A stretch of 48,644 nt of DNA from an uncultured Acidobacteriota bacterium (GTDB taxonomy: Bacteria > Acidobacteriota > UBA6911). Position 1 is the first letter of the stretch. Each line of letters opens with the position of its first letter. Below the pieces are notes generated by a model. That model was given only the letters and a program-made list of their open reading frames with translations. It was not told the origin of the DNA and searched no databases. The position numbers and the translations under genes were made by a program. The stretch is taken from the NCBI GenBank assembly GCA_963827655.1, contig CAWHCF010000033.1:1-48644 (forward strand), written 5' to 3'. Below, piece by piece: positions 20,045 to 29,457 of this stretch.

Positions 20045-21570
20045 TTACAACGACCACCCTTTCCGATACTCGCGGCGCAGGAAATCGTTCGCCCCGGCGG
20101 CGTTGGTAATGCGCATGTTGGTTCCGTCGTAGTTGATCTTCGTGCCGGCCCGGAGAGCAACGATGCCCAGCAGCATGACCTCGGTGAGACGGGCGGCGTA
20201 TTCGAACGGACTGGAGGCTTCCGCCTTGCCCTTCGCGGCTTCCACCCAGTTCATTTCGTGGCTGGTCGCGATCCGCGGCAGCTTCTGCGGCGGCGTGCCG
20301 AACGACTCGTGCAGAGACTTCGGCAGCAGCCGCGGGTTGTCGCCGTAGGTGTCATGCAACAGCTTTCCCTTGCTGCCGACGAACAGCACTCCTCCCCCCG
20401 GTTGATTTGCTCGTCGCCGAGCTCCTCCGGCTTCGGTGGCAGCAGCCCGCCGTCGTACCACGTCAGTTTCACGGGCGGCATGTCGCCACGCGCCGCGAAT
20501 TCGTAGTACGTGGTGGTGGCCATTGGGTAGGACGCCTTGTTGAAAGTCGTTGAGACGGTTTCCACGCTGGTGGGATACCCAAGGTTCAGCGCCCAGAAGG
20601 GATGGTCGATGAGGTGCGCCCCCATATCGCCGAGGGCGCCGACGCCCCAGTCCACCCAGCCGCGCCAGTTGAAGGGGTGGTAGACGGGATGGTATTCGAT
20701 CTGAGGAGCCGGACCGAGAAACAGATCCCAGGCCAGTGTGTCAGGCGCGCGATAAGCCCCGGTCATGGCGTTGGCCAGGCGCGTCATCACACCGGACATA
20801 TTCCAGCGCAATTCGCTTGCACTGGACTTCATCGGCTCGGGACGAGGAATACCCTGCGGCCAGTGGGTAAGCGGCCGGTTGGTCCAGACGTGCACCTCGC
20901 GCACGTCGCCGATGGCGCCGGCCCAGATATACTCGTTCACCTTGCGCCCGTCGTCGTCCGAGTGCCCCTGATTGCCCATCTGAGTAGCCAGCTTCTTTTC
21001 CTTCGCCTTCCTGGCCAGTTCGCGCGCTTCATGGACCGACCAGGTGAGCGGCTTCTGGACATAGACGTGCTTGTTCAGATCCATCGCAGCCATTGCGATG
21101 ATCGCGTGCGTGTGGTCCGGCGTTGCGATCACGACCGCATCGATATCCTTCTGCTGTTCGAGCATCTCGCGATAGTCTCGATAGCGTTTCACCTTCGGCA
21201 TCTGTTCTTTCATCCTTCGAATCTCGTCGATCTGCTCGGAGGTCCGCCGGCGTTGATCGTCTGTCTTAGCCTCCTTCAGGCGCGACTGCTGCCGCTCCAG
21301 GTCGGCGTCGAGACGATCGAACGCTCGGCCCGCGTAGTCCCAGTCCACATCGCATAGGGCCACGATGTTCTGACTCGCCAGGCTCAGGATGTTGCTTCGG
21401 CCCATTCCTCCCACCCCGACACCGGCGACGTTGAGCAAATCGCTTGGCGGCGTGAATCCGCGACCGAGAACGTGTCTGGGCACGATTGCCAGCCCGGCGC
21501 CGGCCGCCGCGGCCGTCACGAACTTGCGCCTGGACAGGCCCTCATGTGCGATGTGGTTTCGCGCGGTCAT
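20045..21570 (-). CDS. Gfo/Idh/MocA family oxidoreductase with Tat signal, one frameshift near 20400
   Basis: LSRRKF Tat motif, [37 protein letters not shown]; the C-terminus (GVLFVGSKG...REYRKGWSL) continues in the 20045-20461 frame, shifting beside a G6 run; GGAGG RBS. Confidence 0.92.
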
Positions 21571-21789
21571 GGTTTTCCTCCTTGGAAGTCAGGCTACTGG
21601 TATCCTTCGCAGCGGACTGGCCGTAGTATTTAACAGAACCGGGTTGAAGTCCAGCGCTTCGCGGGCACACTTTCCTTCTTCTTCGGACACGAAGAAACGC
21701 TGAAAACCTTAACAGGCCTTCCCTCTTCCGGTTCCGGCTCGGGTTGTGTAACAATAGCCGGCCTACCTCACTTTCGAAGGAGTTGTCCT

Positions 21790-22989
21790 ATGCTTTCCCG
21801 GTTACCGATTCTGGTAGTGCTCATCGCAGCCTGCTGCCTCAGTTCCTCGGGACAAACGAGCGAGAAGAAAGCGCAGACTCCGCGGCCTCCCTCGCGTCCC
21901 GATTTCAAACCGTCGCCCGAAGTTCCCGCCATGCCCAAGGCGTTGATGAAACTCCCCAGGACCGCCATCACGCGAGCGAAGTTTCCTGCGATCGACTTCC
22001 ATTTCCATGGGCGTGAACTCAAGGCCGGGGAAAACTATCAAAAGCTGATCAAGCTGATGGACGAGACCGGTATCGGCGTGATCTGCAACATGGACGGCGG
22101 GTTCGGAAAAACTTTCGATGACAACATGAAGGCAGGTGAGCCCTACCGTGACCGCATCATCCATTTCGCGCGAGTGGACTTTGCCGGGATCAACGAACCG
22201 GGCTGGTCCGCAAAGGCCGCAGCGGAACTGGAGCGCTGTTTTCGAGCCGGCGCGGCGGGGCTGAAAATCAACAAGGTGCTCGGACTGGATCTGAAAAATA
22301 CCAACGGCACCTATATCCAATCCGACGACCCGCGTTTCGATCCGATCTGGGAGATGTGCGCCAAGCACAACAAACCGGTCATGATCCACACCAGCGACTC
22401 GTATGGCCGCTTCCTTCCCATCGGTCCCGAGAACGAGCGTTATGAGGCCGGCCTGTGGCGCAGCGACACCGAGGGGAACTACTACAAGACCGGCCACCCG
22501 ACCCCCGACGTCATCGAAAAGGCGCGCGAGAACATGCACGCCAAACACCCCAAGACGCGCTTCGTCAACGCGCACGTGGCGATGTTGTACTACGACATGG
22601 ATAAAGTCACCGCGCTGCTGGACAAGTATCCCAACGCCGACGTCGAAATCTCGGCGGCCGTTCAGGACCTGGGTCGCGCGCCCCTTCTGATCCGCAAGTT
22701 CTTCCTCAAGTATCAAGACCGCATCATTTTCGGCTCCGACGGCAGTCCCAGGCGCGGAATCGAAGAATTCTGGGTTCCTCATTGGAGATTTCTCGAGACC
22801 TATGACGAGCACTTCGACCACCCGGCCCAGCTTCGCTCGGCCACCGGCGCCCCGCTGCACGGGCGCTGGAAAATCTCCGGTATCGGCCTGCCGGACGATG
22901 TGCTGCGCAAGGTCTACTACACCAATGCGCTGCGGTACCTGCCGTCGGTCAAGGCTTCGATCGAGAAGCAGCTCGCCGCGCGGCGCTAG
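21790..22989 (+). CDS. Amidohydrolase family protein (Amidohydro_2-like), secreted
   Basis: IDFHFH, GLK, PVMIH, FVNAH, IIFGSD, LRKVYYTNA metal-hydrolase motifs; signal peptide; AAGGAG RBS. Confidence 0.9.
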   Translation: MLSRLPILVVLIAACCLSSSGQTSEKKAQTPRPPSRPDFKPSPEVPAMPKALMKLPRTAITRAKFPAIDFHFHGRELKAGENYQKLIKLMDETGIGVICNMDGGFGKTFDDNMKAGEPYRDRIIHFARVDFAGINEPGWSAKAAAELERCFRAGAAGLKINKVLGLDLKNTNGTYIQSDDPRFDPIWEMCAKHNKPVMIHTSDSYGRFLPIGPENERYEAGLWRSDTEGNYYKTGHPTPDVIEKARENMHAKHPKTRFVNAHVAMLYYDMDKVTALLDKYPNADVEISAAVQDLGRAPLLIRKFFLKYQDRIIFGSDGSPRRGIEEFWVPHWRFLETYDEHFDHPAQLRSATGAPLHGRWKISGIGLPDDVLRKVYYTNALRYLPSVKASIEKQLAARR

Positions 22990-23132
22990 GTTTAGTGGAG
23001 GGCTGAACGGCCGGAGTAGGCCCCGGCCGGGAGGCGGGGATTAGGCGTGGTGGGTAAGAAGAAGCGCACAAGGGTGCGATACAGCCGGAGCGCGGTCCTT
23101 CGGACCTCGTGCCGAGGAGGTCGTGAAAACCC

Positions 23133-23187
23133 TGAGAAGGTGTGAAAAATTGCGTCTGTGGCGCGGGTCATCAGAGGCTGTTGCAAA
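23133..23187 (+). repeat. IS-end-like repeat family B, copy 1
   Basis: TGAGAAGGTGTGAAAAATT...GCGCGGGTCATCAGAGGCTGTTGCAAA recurs inverted and diverged at 32646-32736. Confidence 0.6.
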
Positions 23188-23198
23188 CTCGCCCGGTT

Positions 23199-23233
23199 CA
23201 TGTGCGGACGGGCTATCAAGCCCGTCCGGCCCC
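23199..23233 (+). repeat. REP-like palindromic repeat family A, copy 2
   Basis: CATGTGCGGACGGGCTATCAAGCCCGTCCGGCCCC, 35 nt identical to the reverse complement of 19179-19213. Confidence 0.85.
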
Positions 23234-23421
23234 CGATGGCACCAACGATCTCTTTAAGGGTAGATCATTTCCGATCGCGGTATTTGCGACGGGCCAATGG
23301 CCCGTCGCCACAGGGTGCTCGGAAAATGTCTAAGCCGCTCGGCGGAGGTCGCGCACTGCAAGGGTGCGCTCTTGGGGTGCGGTACCGCGTTATGCAAATG
23401 CTGACTAGCTTGGAGCCCTAG

Positions 23422-25062
23422 GTGTTGACAGGAAACCAGAGAACGCTCTCTTTGATCGTCACCGCGGCGCTCACCCTCGCCGGCGCCATGATGGGGCAGT
23501 CCCCGTCGCCTACTGGCTTGCCGGTCACTTATGAAAGATTGCTCAAAGCGACGCAAGAACCGGGCAACTGGTTGATGTACAGCGGCGATTATCGCAGCCA
23601 TCATTACAGCAGCCTGGATCAGATCACCGCCGAGAACGTCCGTGGGCTCCGCGCCAAGTGGATTTATCAGATGCACCGTCCCAAGGTCGAGGCGACTCCG
23701 ATTGTGGTGGACGGCATCATGTACGTGACCCGTCCGCCCAGCGATGTCATTGCCCTTGACGCGGAAACCGGACGCGCGTTATGGACCTTCGAATACCGGC
23801 TGTCTAACCGCGTCTATATCTGCTGCGGCGAGGTCAACCGCGGCCTCGCCATCCTGGGAACCACACTTTTTATCACTACGCTGGATGCAAAGCTGATCGC
23901 GATCGATGCGCGTTCCGGCCGCATGCTGTGGAAAAGGGACCTGGCGGATCCCACGCTCAACTATACGGCGACCGGCGCTCCGCTGGCGGTCAAAGACAAG
24001 GTGATCGCCGGCATCGCGGGCGCGGAAGGAGGCATTCGGGGGTTCCTCGATGCCTACGACGCAAAGACCGGCGAGCGTGCCTGGCGCTTCTGGACGATAC
24101 CGGCGCCGGGTGAGCCGGGCTCGGAGACCTGGGGAGGAGATTCCTGGCGGTACGGCGGGGCGTCGACGTGGATCACCGGCTCCTACGATCCCGAGTTGAA
24201 CCTGGTCTACTGGGGTACAGGCAACCCTGGTCCCGATTACAACGGCGATGTTCGCCCTGGCGACAATTTGTATTCCTGCTCGCTGCTCGCGCTGGATCTG
24301 GACACGGGCAAGCTCAAGTGGCACTTTCAATTCACTCCGCACGACACGCGCGATTGGGACGCCACGCAGGTTCCGGTTCTGCTCGATTCGACGCTGGGCG
24401 GGCGTCCGCGCAAGCTGGTCGTGGTTCCTAACCGCAACGGCTTCTATTACGCTCTGGACCGCGAGACGGGCGAGTTCCTGCTCGCCAAACCGTACGTGAA
24501 ACAGACCTGGGCGAAGGAGATTGACCAGAAAGGGCGCCCCATCGTGAATCCAGGTCAGGACCCGACGCCGGAAGGGAACGATTCGATCTGGCCCGGCGTC
24601 GACGGCGGAAACAACTGGATGTCGCCCAGCTACAATCCCAACACGAAGCTCCTGTATTTCAGCGCGCGCGAGGAGCGCCGTCGTTTCTTCAAGACCGACG
24701 CTCCTGAATTCCGGCCTGGCGAGGCATTTTTCGGAGGCGGCGGGGGTGGGGGAGCACGTTTCCGGCCCGAAGAGAGCTGGGGCAAACTTATCGCCATGAC
24801 TCCGGAGACTGGAGAAATCCAGTGGGAGCACCGGATCCTTTCGCCACCATGGGCTGGCGTGCTGTCCACCGCGGGTAACCTGGTTTTCTCGGCCACGCCG
24901 AGCGGGAACTTCTATGCCCTGGACGCGCGCACCGGCAAGCAGCTGTGGCATTTCAATGGCGGTGACCGGGTACACGCCAGTCCGATTACCTTCTTGAGCC
25001 GGGGCAAGCAACTCATCACGATACCGATCGGAGACGTGCTGATCGCTTTCGGACTCGAATGA
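23422..25062 (+). CDS. PQQ-dependent dehydrogenase (methanol/ethanol-like, acidobacterial quinoprotein type)
   Basis: NWLMYSGDY, EATPIVVDG, vicinal CC in ICCGEVNRG, GAEGGIRG, WGTGNP, QFTPHDTRDWD, NRNGF, GGNNW motifs; signal peptide. Confidence 0.93.
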   Translation: MLTGNQRTLSLIVTAALTLAGAMMGQSPSPTGLPVTYERLLKATQEPGNWLMYSGDYRSHHYSSLDQITAENVRGLRAKWIYQMHRPKVEATPIVVDGIMYVTRPPSDVIALDAETGRALWTFEYRLSNRVYICCGEVNRGLAILGTTLFITTLDAKLIAIDARSGRMLWKRDLADPTLNYTATGAPLAVKDKVIAGIAGAEGGIRGFLDAYDAKTGERAWRFWTIPAPGEPGSETWGGDSWRYGGASTWITGSYDPELNLVYWGTGNPGPDYNGDVRPGDNLYSCSLLALDLDTGKLKWHFQFTPHDTRDWDATQVPVLLDSTLGGRPRKLVVVPNRNGFYYALDRETGEFLLAKPYVKQTWAKEIDQKGRPIVNPGQDPTPEGNDSIWPGVDGGNNWMSPSYNPNTKLLYFSAREERRRFFKTDAPEFRPGEAFFGGGGGGGARFRPEESWGKLIAMTPETGEIQWEHRILSPPWAGVLSTAGNLVFSATPSGNFYALDARTGKQLWHFNGGDRVHASPITFLSRGKQLITIPIGDVLIAFGLE

Positions 25063-25158
25063 GGTGACAGGCTACTCTGTCCCCTTTTTCATTATTCTTC
25101 ATTCATTTAATCGAAGGTTTGCTTGCACCTGAAAAAGGGGACAGAGTAGCCTGTCACC
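25063..25158. repeat. 96-bp MITE/REP-like element with perfect 29-bp terminal inverted repeats (family C)
   Basis: GGTGACAGGCTACTCTGTCCCCTTTTTCA (25063-25091) and TGAAAAAGGGGACAGAGTAGCCTGTCACC (25130-25158). Confidence 0.85.
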
Positions 25159-25164
25159 AGTTCT

Positions 25165-25971
25165 ATGCGAAAAGCATTCCTGATTGCCTGCTGCTGGATG
25201 GCCTGCGCGGTTTCATCGCCGGCACAAAGACCGGCGAGGCAGTCTCGGCCCGCCCCTGCAAACCTCCCGGAAACGAACCCCTATTCCACGGCGGCGGACA
25301 CGGAAGCCGGACGCAAGCTGTATCTCGGCCGATGCGGCCACTGTCATGGCCAGAGCGGCGAGGGCGGGCGTGGCGCCGTTCTGAATTCGGGGCGTCTTCA
25401 CCATGGCGCCTCCGACCGGGAGTTGTTCCTTGTTATCCGCAACGGCGTTCCCAATACCGAAATGCCGGGTGCGTTCAATCTTCCTGAAGTCGAAATCTGG
25501 CGCATGGTGGCCTATGTGCAACAACTGAGCCGTCAGGGAGCGTCGGATCCCGTTACGGGCGATGCCACGGCCGGCGCGATCGCTTACGAGAAGAACGGCT
25601 GCGCCCCTTGTCATAGCATCGACGGGCAAGGCGGCTTTCTGGGGCCGGACCTGACGGACATCGGAGCGAGACGCGCGACCCGGCATTTGCGCGAATCCAT
25701 CTTGAATCCGAACGCTGATATTCCGCTCGACTATCGCCCGGTGGAGGTGATCGCGGCAACGGGGAAGATCATCAGCGGGATTCATCTCAACGAAGACGAA
25801 CACTCGATCCACCTGCGCGATATGAGCGGCAATCTGCGCTCTTTCCTGAAGAGAGAGATCAAAGACATCAAGCTGCCCAGGCAGTCGCTGATGCCGGCCT
25901 ACACCTCGCTTTCGAAAAGCGAACTGGAAGACCTGGTTGCATATTTGACTTCTTTGCGCCCGAAGCGCTAG
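25165..25971 (+). CDS. Di-heme c-type cytochrome, likely partner of the quinoprotein
   Basis: Two CxxCH motifs (CGHCH, CAPCH), GPDLTDIG, LRESILNP, SLMP, DLVAYL; signal peptide. Confidence 0.92.
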   Translation: MRKAFLIACCWMACAVSSPAQRPARQSRPAPANLPETNPYSTAADTEAGRKLYLGRCGHCHGQSGEGGRGAVLNSGRLHHGASDRELFLVIRNGVPNTEMPGAFNLPEVEIWRMVAYVQQLSRQGASDPVTGDATAGAIAYEKNGCAPCHSIDGQGGFLGPDLTDIGARRATRHLRESILNPNADIPLDYRPVEVIAATGKIISGIHLNEDEHSIHLRDMSGNLRSFLKREIKDIKLPRQSLMPAYTSLSKSELEDLVAYLTSLRPKR

Positions 25972-26110
25972 ACCGCTACGTTGCTTGCGTCTCCGGGACG
26001 CATCGTGCAGTCGCTTTCAGCGTGTCCAGCAGCCGGCGAAGTTAAAGACAGGTCCCCAGCGTTGCGCAACTGGAAAAGCTTCAGTATCCTGTGGCCACGC
26101 ATAAAGTCAT

Positions 26111-26857
26111 TTGAAGAGGCGTCATACGGAACCGGAGGATGCAGTGATTCTAGAGACTGCCGTTAAAGGCTCCTGCATGGTATTCGCCATCCTGGCTGTA
26201 CTCCACTTCGCTTCAAGCAGCGCAGCGCAGGGTGGAGCGCCTGAGCCTGTAGTATGGAAGTTTGACCGGCTTGAGAATATCGGCGGCCATAAGACTTCAG
26301 TTCTGGGCCAACCCAAAGTGATCGATTCGCCGTTGGGAAAGGCTGTCGAGTTCGATGGCGTGGATGATGCTTTGTTCATTGACAACCACCCTCTGGCGGG
26401 CGCCGAAACTTTTACGTGGGAAGCCATCTTCCGCCCCGACGGCGGTCAAACGGAGCAGCGGTGGTTCCATCTCAGCGAGCAGAATCCTAATACCGGCGCC
26501 GACACAGACAACCGGATGCTCTTTGAAATCCGGGTCGTTGGTGACAAGTGGTATCTCGACAGTTACAACCAATCGGGGACCGAGAGCAAGACTCTCATGA
26601 ATCGGAAGGCATTGCATCCCCTCGGCGCCTGGTACCACGTAGCCTCCGTGTACGACGGTAAGGAATTCAGCAACTATGTCGACGGTGTTCGAGAAGGCGC
26701 GGGGCAAGTGTACCTCGCCCCTCACGGGCCGGGTCATGCCTCGGTCGGAGTGCGTATCAACAAGGTGTTTTATTTCAAGGGAGCCGTTCACCTGGCGCGG
26801 TTCACGCGCAAGGCTCTTTCCCCTTCGCAGTTCCTCCCGTCCCCTGCAAAGCCGTAA
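26111..26857 (+). CDS. LamG-like jellyroll (concanavalin A-like) domain protein
   Basis: AVEFDGVDD, FTWEAIFRP, WYHVASVYDG, YVDG, FKGAV motifs; true start may be downstream (ATG near 26177). Confidence 0.85.
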   Translation: MKRRHTEPEDAVILETAVKGSCMVFAILAVLHFASSSAAQGGAPEPVVWKFDRLENIGGHKTSVLGQPKVIDSPLGKAVEFDGVDDALFIDNHPLAGAETFTWEAIFRPDGGQTEQRWFHLSEQNPNTGADTDNRMLFEIRVVGDKWYLDSYNQSGTESKTLMNRKALHPLGAWYHVASVYDGKEFSNYVDGVREGAGQVYLAPHGPGHASVGVRINKVFYFKGAVHLARFTRKALSPSQFLPSPAKP

Positions 26858-26879
26858 TTCGCCGGGGTTAGCTCAGCGA

Positions 26880-26921
26880 AACAAATACCACCAAGACGCG
26901 AAGACACCAAGAAACACCAAG
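26880..26921 (+). repeat. ACCACCAAGACGCGAAGA-type short intergenic repeat (family D), representative copy
   Basis: 25 nt identical at 26880-26904 and 28199-28223; related copies at 6920-6940, 11989-12010 (-), 33791-33818 (-), 40011-40031 (-) and 41916-41985 (both orientations). Confidence 0.75.
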
Positions 26922-27109
26922 GGGCACACATTTTCGCCATGTGACCAGCTTTTCGCCAATCCTGCGATTACTCGCGCTCAAGGCTTGTTGGTTTCAAAAG
27001 ACTTGGCGCGGGTATCGGGATTGCGACGAGGTGGCCAGGCACTCGGACTCCTAATGTGGGCGTTTGATCGCCTTCGCATTAAATGGTCGAAGTGCCGCGG
27101 AGGTGCCCG

Positions 27110-27631
27110 ATGTTGATCTCTTCTCGTGTCGTGATTTTTTTCGCGTGCGTAATGCTGTGGACGTTCTTGGCGCGCTCTTCCGATGCGCAGGATCGCCCGC
27201 CGGTGGCGCTTGAGTTTTCAACCGGCTGGGCCGGATTCGTGGACGATGCCACGATTCATCACGGGGTGTTCGGGGGGGCCGCGCGCTTCTACGTTACCCC
27301 GCGCATCAGTGTCGGCCCGGAGTTCGTGTACATGGTCGGACCTGATGACGATCGTGATCTGATGTTGACCGGTAACGTGATCTTCGATGTGCTCAGGCCC
27401 ATCGACAATCGTCCGCGCCGCATCACGCCGTACCTTCTCGCCGGCGGCGGGTTTTTCCAGCACCGCGACCGGTTTTTCGGCCGAAAGTTCATAACAACCG
27501 AGGGAGCGTTCACCGGCGGCGGCGGGGTTCGCCTGTTTCTGACCAGGAGTCTCTACATCGCACCCGAAGCGCGGATTGGCTGGGAGCTCCATCAGCGCCT
27601 GACGATTACGATCGGACTGCTCCTCCGTTAA
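27110..27631 (+). CDS. Small outer-membrane beta-barrel-like protein
   Basis: Signal peptide, alternating beta-strand pattern, PYLLAGGG, GGGVR, IAPEARIG; GGAGGT RBS before ATG 27110. Confidence 0.75.
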   Translation: MLISSRVVIFFACVMLWTFLARSSDAQDRPPVALEFSTGWAGFVDDATIHHGVFGGAARFYVTPRISVGPEFVYMVGPDDDRDLMLTGNVIFDVLRPIDNRPRRITPYLLAGGGFFQHRDRFFGRKFITTEGAFTGGGGVRLFLTRSLYIAPEARIGWELHQRLTITIGLLLR

Positions 27632-27687
27632 ACAAAACCCACAGAGCAGCCTCCTAGCGAGCGGCAGCAAGCTTGCGCACACCAGAA

Positions 27688-28203
27688 TCATGGCTCGCGG
27701 CCGCTTGCGCTGCGAGCCGCCCGGTAAGCGTAAATCACCGCGAGCAGCGGCGCCGCCAGCAGCACGCCCCAGAACCCGAGTAGCACACCGAGGAGGATGG
27801 GAGCGAGAATTGACGCCCAGATCGGCACACGGGCCGTCCTCTTCATGAGAAAAGGCTGGAGCAGAAGCCCGTCTACGGTCACGATGACCGCGTAAAGGAT
27901 CAGAACGTAGACAAACCGGTCGAACCCGCCACTGATCGCGGCCGCGGTGGCGGGGGCGGCCAGCGCGAGGACCGTGCCTATGTTGGGAACAAACTGGAGC
28001 AGGGCGCCCATCACGGCCCAGACGGTCGCCCACGGGACGCCGATGAGCCAGAGACCGGCAAGCCAGAGAATCCCCACAGCCAGGGCGTCTTGTGCCTGGA
28101 CGACCAACCAGTCTCTAAGCCCGGCCGCCGTAATTCGGAGGTAGTCTCGGAACCGCACTTCAACGTAGCGTCCTGGTATCTTCGCGGTTGGCGCGCGGAA
28201 CAA
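27688..28203 (-). CDS. Short AI-2E family transporter-like membrane protein
   Basis: GLWLIGVPWA, LLQFVPNIG, LLQPFLM, GFWGVLLAAPLLAVI motifs of the AI-2E C-terminal half; start uncertain. Confidence 0.85.
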   Translation of the reverse strand: MFRAPTAKIPGRYVEVRFRDYLRITAAGLRDWLVVQAQDALAVGILWLAGLWLIGVPWATVWAVMGALLQFVPNIGTVLALAAPATAAAISGGFDRFVYVLILYAVIVTVDGLLLQPFLMKRTARVPIWASILAPILLGVLLGFWGVLLAAPLLAVIYAYRAARSASGREP

Positions 28204-28224
28204 ATACCACCAAGACGCGAAGAA

Positions 28225-29457
28225 CTAGCGTTGGGGCGAGCCGCTGCGGCCCATGATGGGCCAGACATCCACGACCTGCTCGCCGCGGGCTACGTAGATG
28301 CGATCGTAGACGTTGACGCTCATGTCGAGGTTCGTCGGATAAAGCTCGACACGTTCGCCGAGCTTGAGGTCACGGTCGCCGTCCTTCCACTTGAGAATGC
28401 CATACTCGGCTCCCTGGTTTTCGACCGTGATCCACGGCATGCCTTTGGCCTCGTCGGTGGGGCGGAGCAGCGCCTTGTTGCCGGCGTCGATTGTGCACTG
28501 GTTGGGATGCCGCTTGGAGACGACGGTCGTCATGACGGTGAGAGAGGGGCCGAAGTCCTCGTAAACCGTAGCGCTGGACTTGCCGCCGATCTTGCGGTAG
28601 CCCGTATCCATGAACACGTAGGAGCCGCACTGGAGCTCAGTGAGACCGTTTTCTGTGTCGATGTTATAAGTACCGGTCGAGCCGCCCGAGATGATGTTCA
28701 CCGGCAGGCCGGACTTGCGGCAGAGCTCGACGCTCTCGAGCAGCCCGCTCAGATCGTCGCGTGATTTCTTGCAGCGCTCTTCCCAGCCGCGGGTGTGCGA
28801 AGCCGCGCCGGAGTAGCCCATCAGTCCATGCAGCCGGAGGTGCTTCGAGGACTGCACCTTCTGGGCCAGCTCGAGGGCGGGCGCGCCGGGTTGCATTCCG
28901 TGCCGTGTGAGTCCTGCGAAGACGTCGACCACAATCGTGCACGTCGCGCCGGCGGCCGCAGCGGCTTCCTCGACCTGACCGGCAATAACGGGATCGTCGA
29001 CCACGAAGAGGAAGTTCGGGTCGCGCTTCGAGAGCGCGACGGCGCGAGAGATGTTGTTCTTACCGGCGGGCTGGCGGGTCCAGAAGACGCCTTTGAAGCC
29101 GGAGGATGACATCAGCTCGCTCTCGGCGATCGTCGCGGTGGTCAGGCCGATGGCGCCCAGCGCGAGCTGCCGGCGGGCGACCTCGACGCATTTGTGGACC
29201 TTGACATGCGGGCGGAGCTTGAGCCCGGTGGCTTTGGAATGGTCGGTCATTCTGGCCAGGTTCTGCTCGAAGATTTCCCGGTCAAGGATGAGCGATGGCG
29301 TGGGCAAATCCTCTTTCGTGAGGCCGCGGAAGTCGCGTCGGGCGATCCGGGCCTCGAGTTCGGAGCGATATTCGGCAGATTTGGCGGCGCGGGCGCTGAA
29401 ACCGGTTAGCAGGGCTCCGGCGCCCGTGGCTTTCAGAAATGAGCGGCGAGAAGTCAT
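28225..29457 (-). CDS. DSD1/D-threonine aldolase-like PLP-dependent enzyme (alanine racemase fold) with Tat signal
   Basis: LPTPSL, LRPHVKVHK (PLP lysine), SGGSTGT, ELQCGSYVFMD, IDAGNK; MTSRRSFLK Tat motif after a GAGGGAG RBS. Confidence 0.92.
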   Translation of the reverse strand: MTSRRSFLKATGAGALLTGFSARAAKSAEYRSELEARIARRDFRGLTKEDLPTPSLILDREIFEQNLARMTDHSKATGLKLRPHVKVHKCVEVARRQLALGAIGLTTATIAESELMSSSGFKGVFWTRQPAGKNNISRAVALSKRDPNFLFVVDDPVIAGQVEEAAAAAGATCTIVVDVFAGLTRHGMQPGAPALELAQKVQSSKHLRLHGLMGYSGAASHTRGWEERCKKSRDDLSGLLESVELCRKSGLPVNIISGGSTGTYNIDTENGLTELQCGSYVFMDTGYRKIGGKSSATVYEDFGPSLTVMTTVVSKRHPNQCTIDAGNKALLRPTDEAKGMPWITVENQGAEYGILKWKDGDRDLKLGERVELYPTNLDMSVNVYDRIYVARGEQVVDVWPIMGRSGSPQR

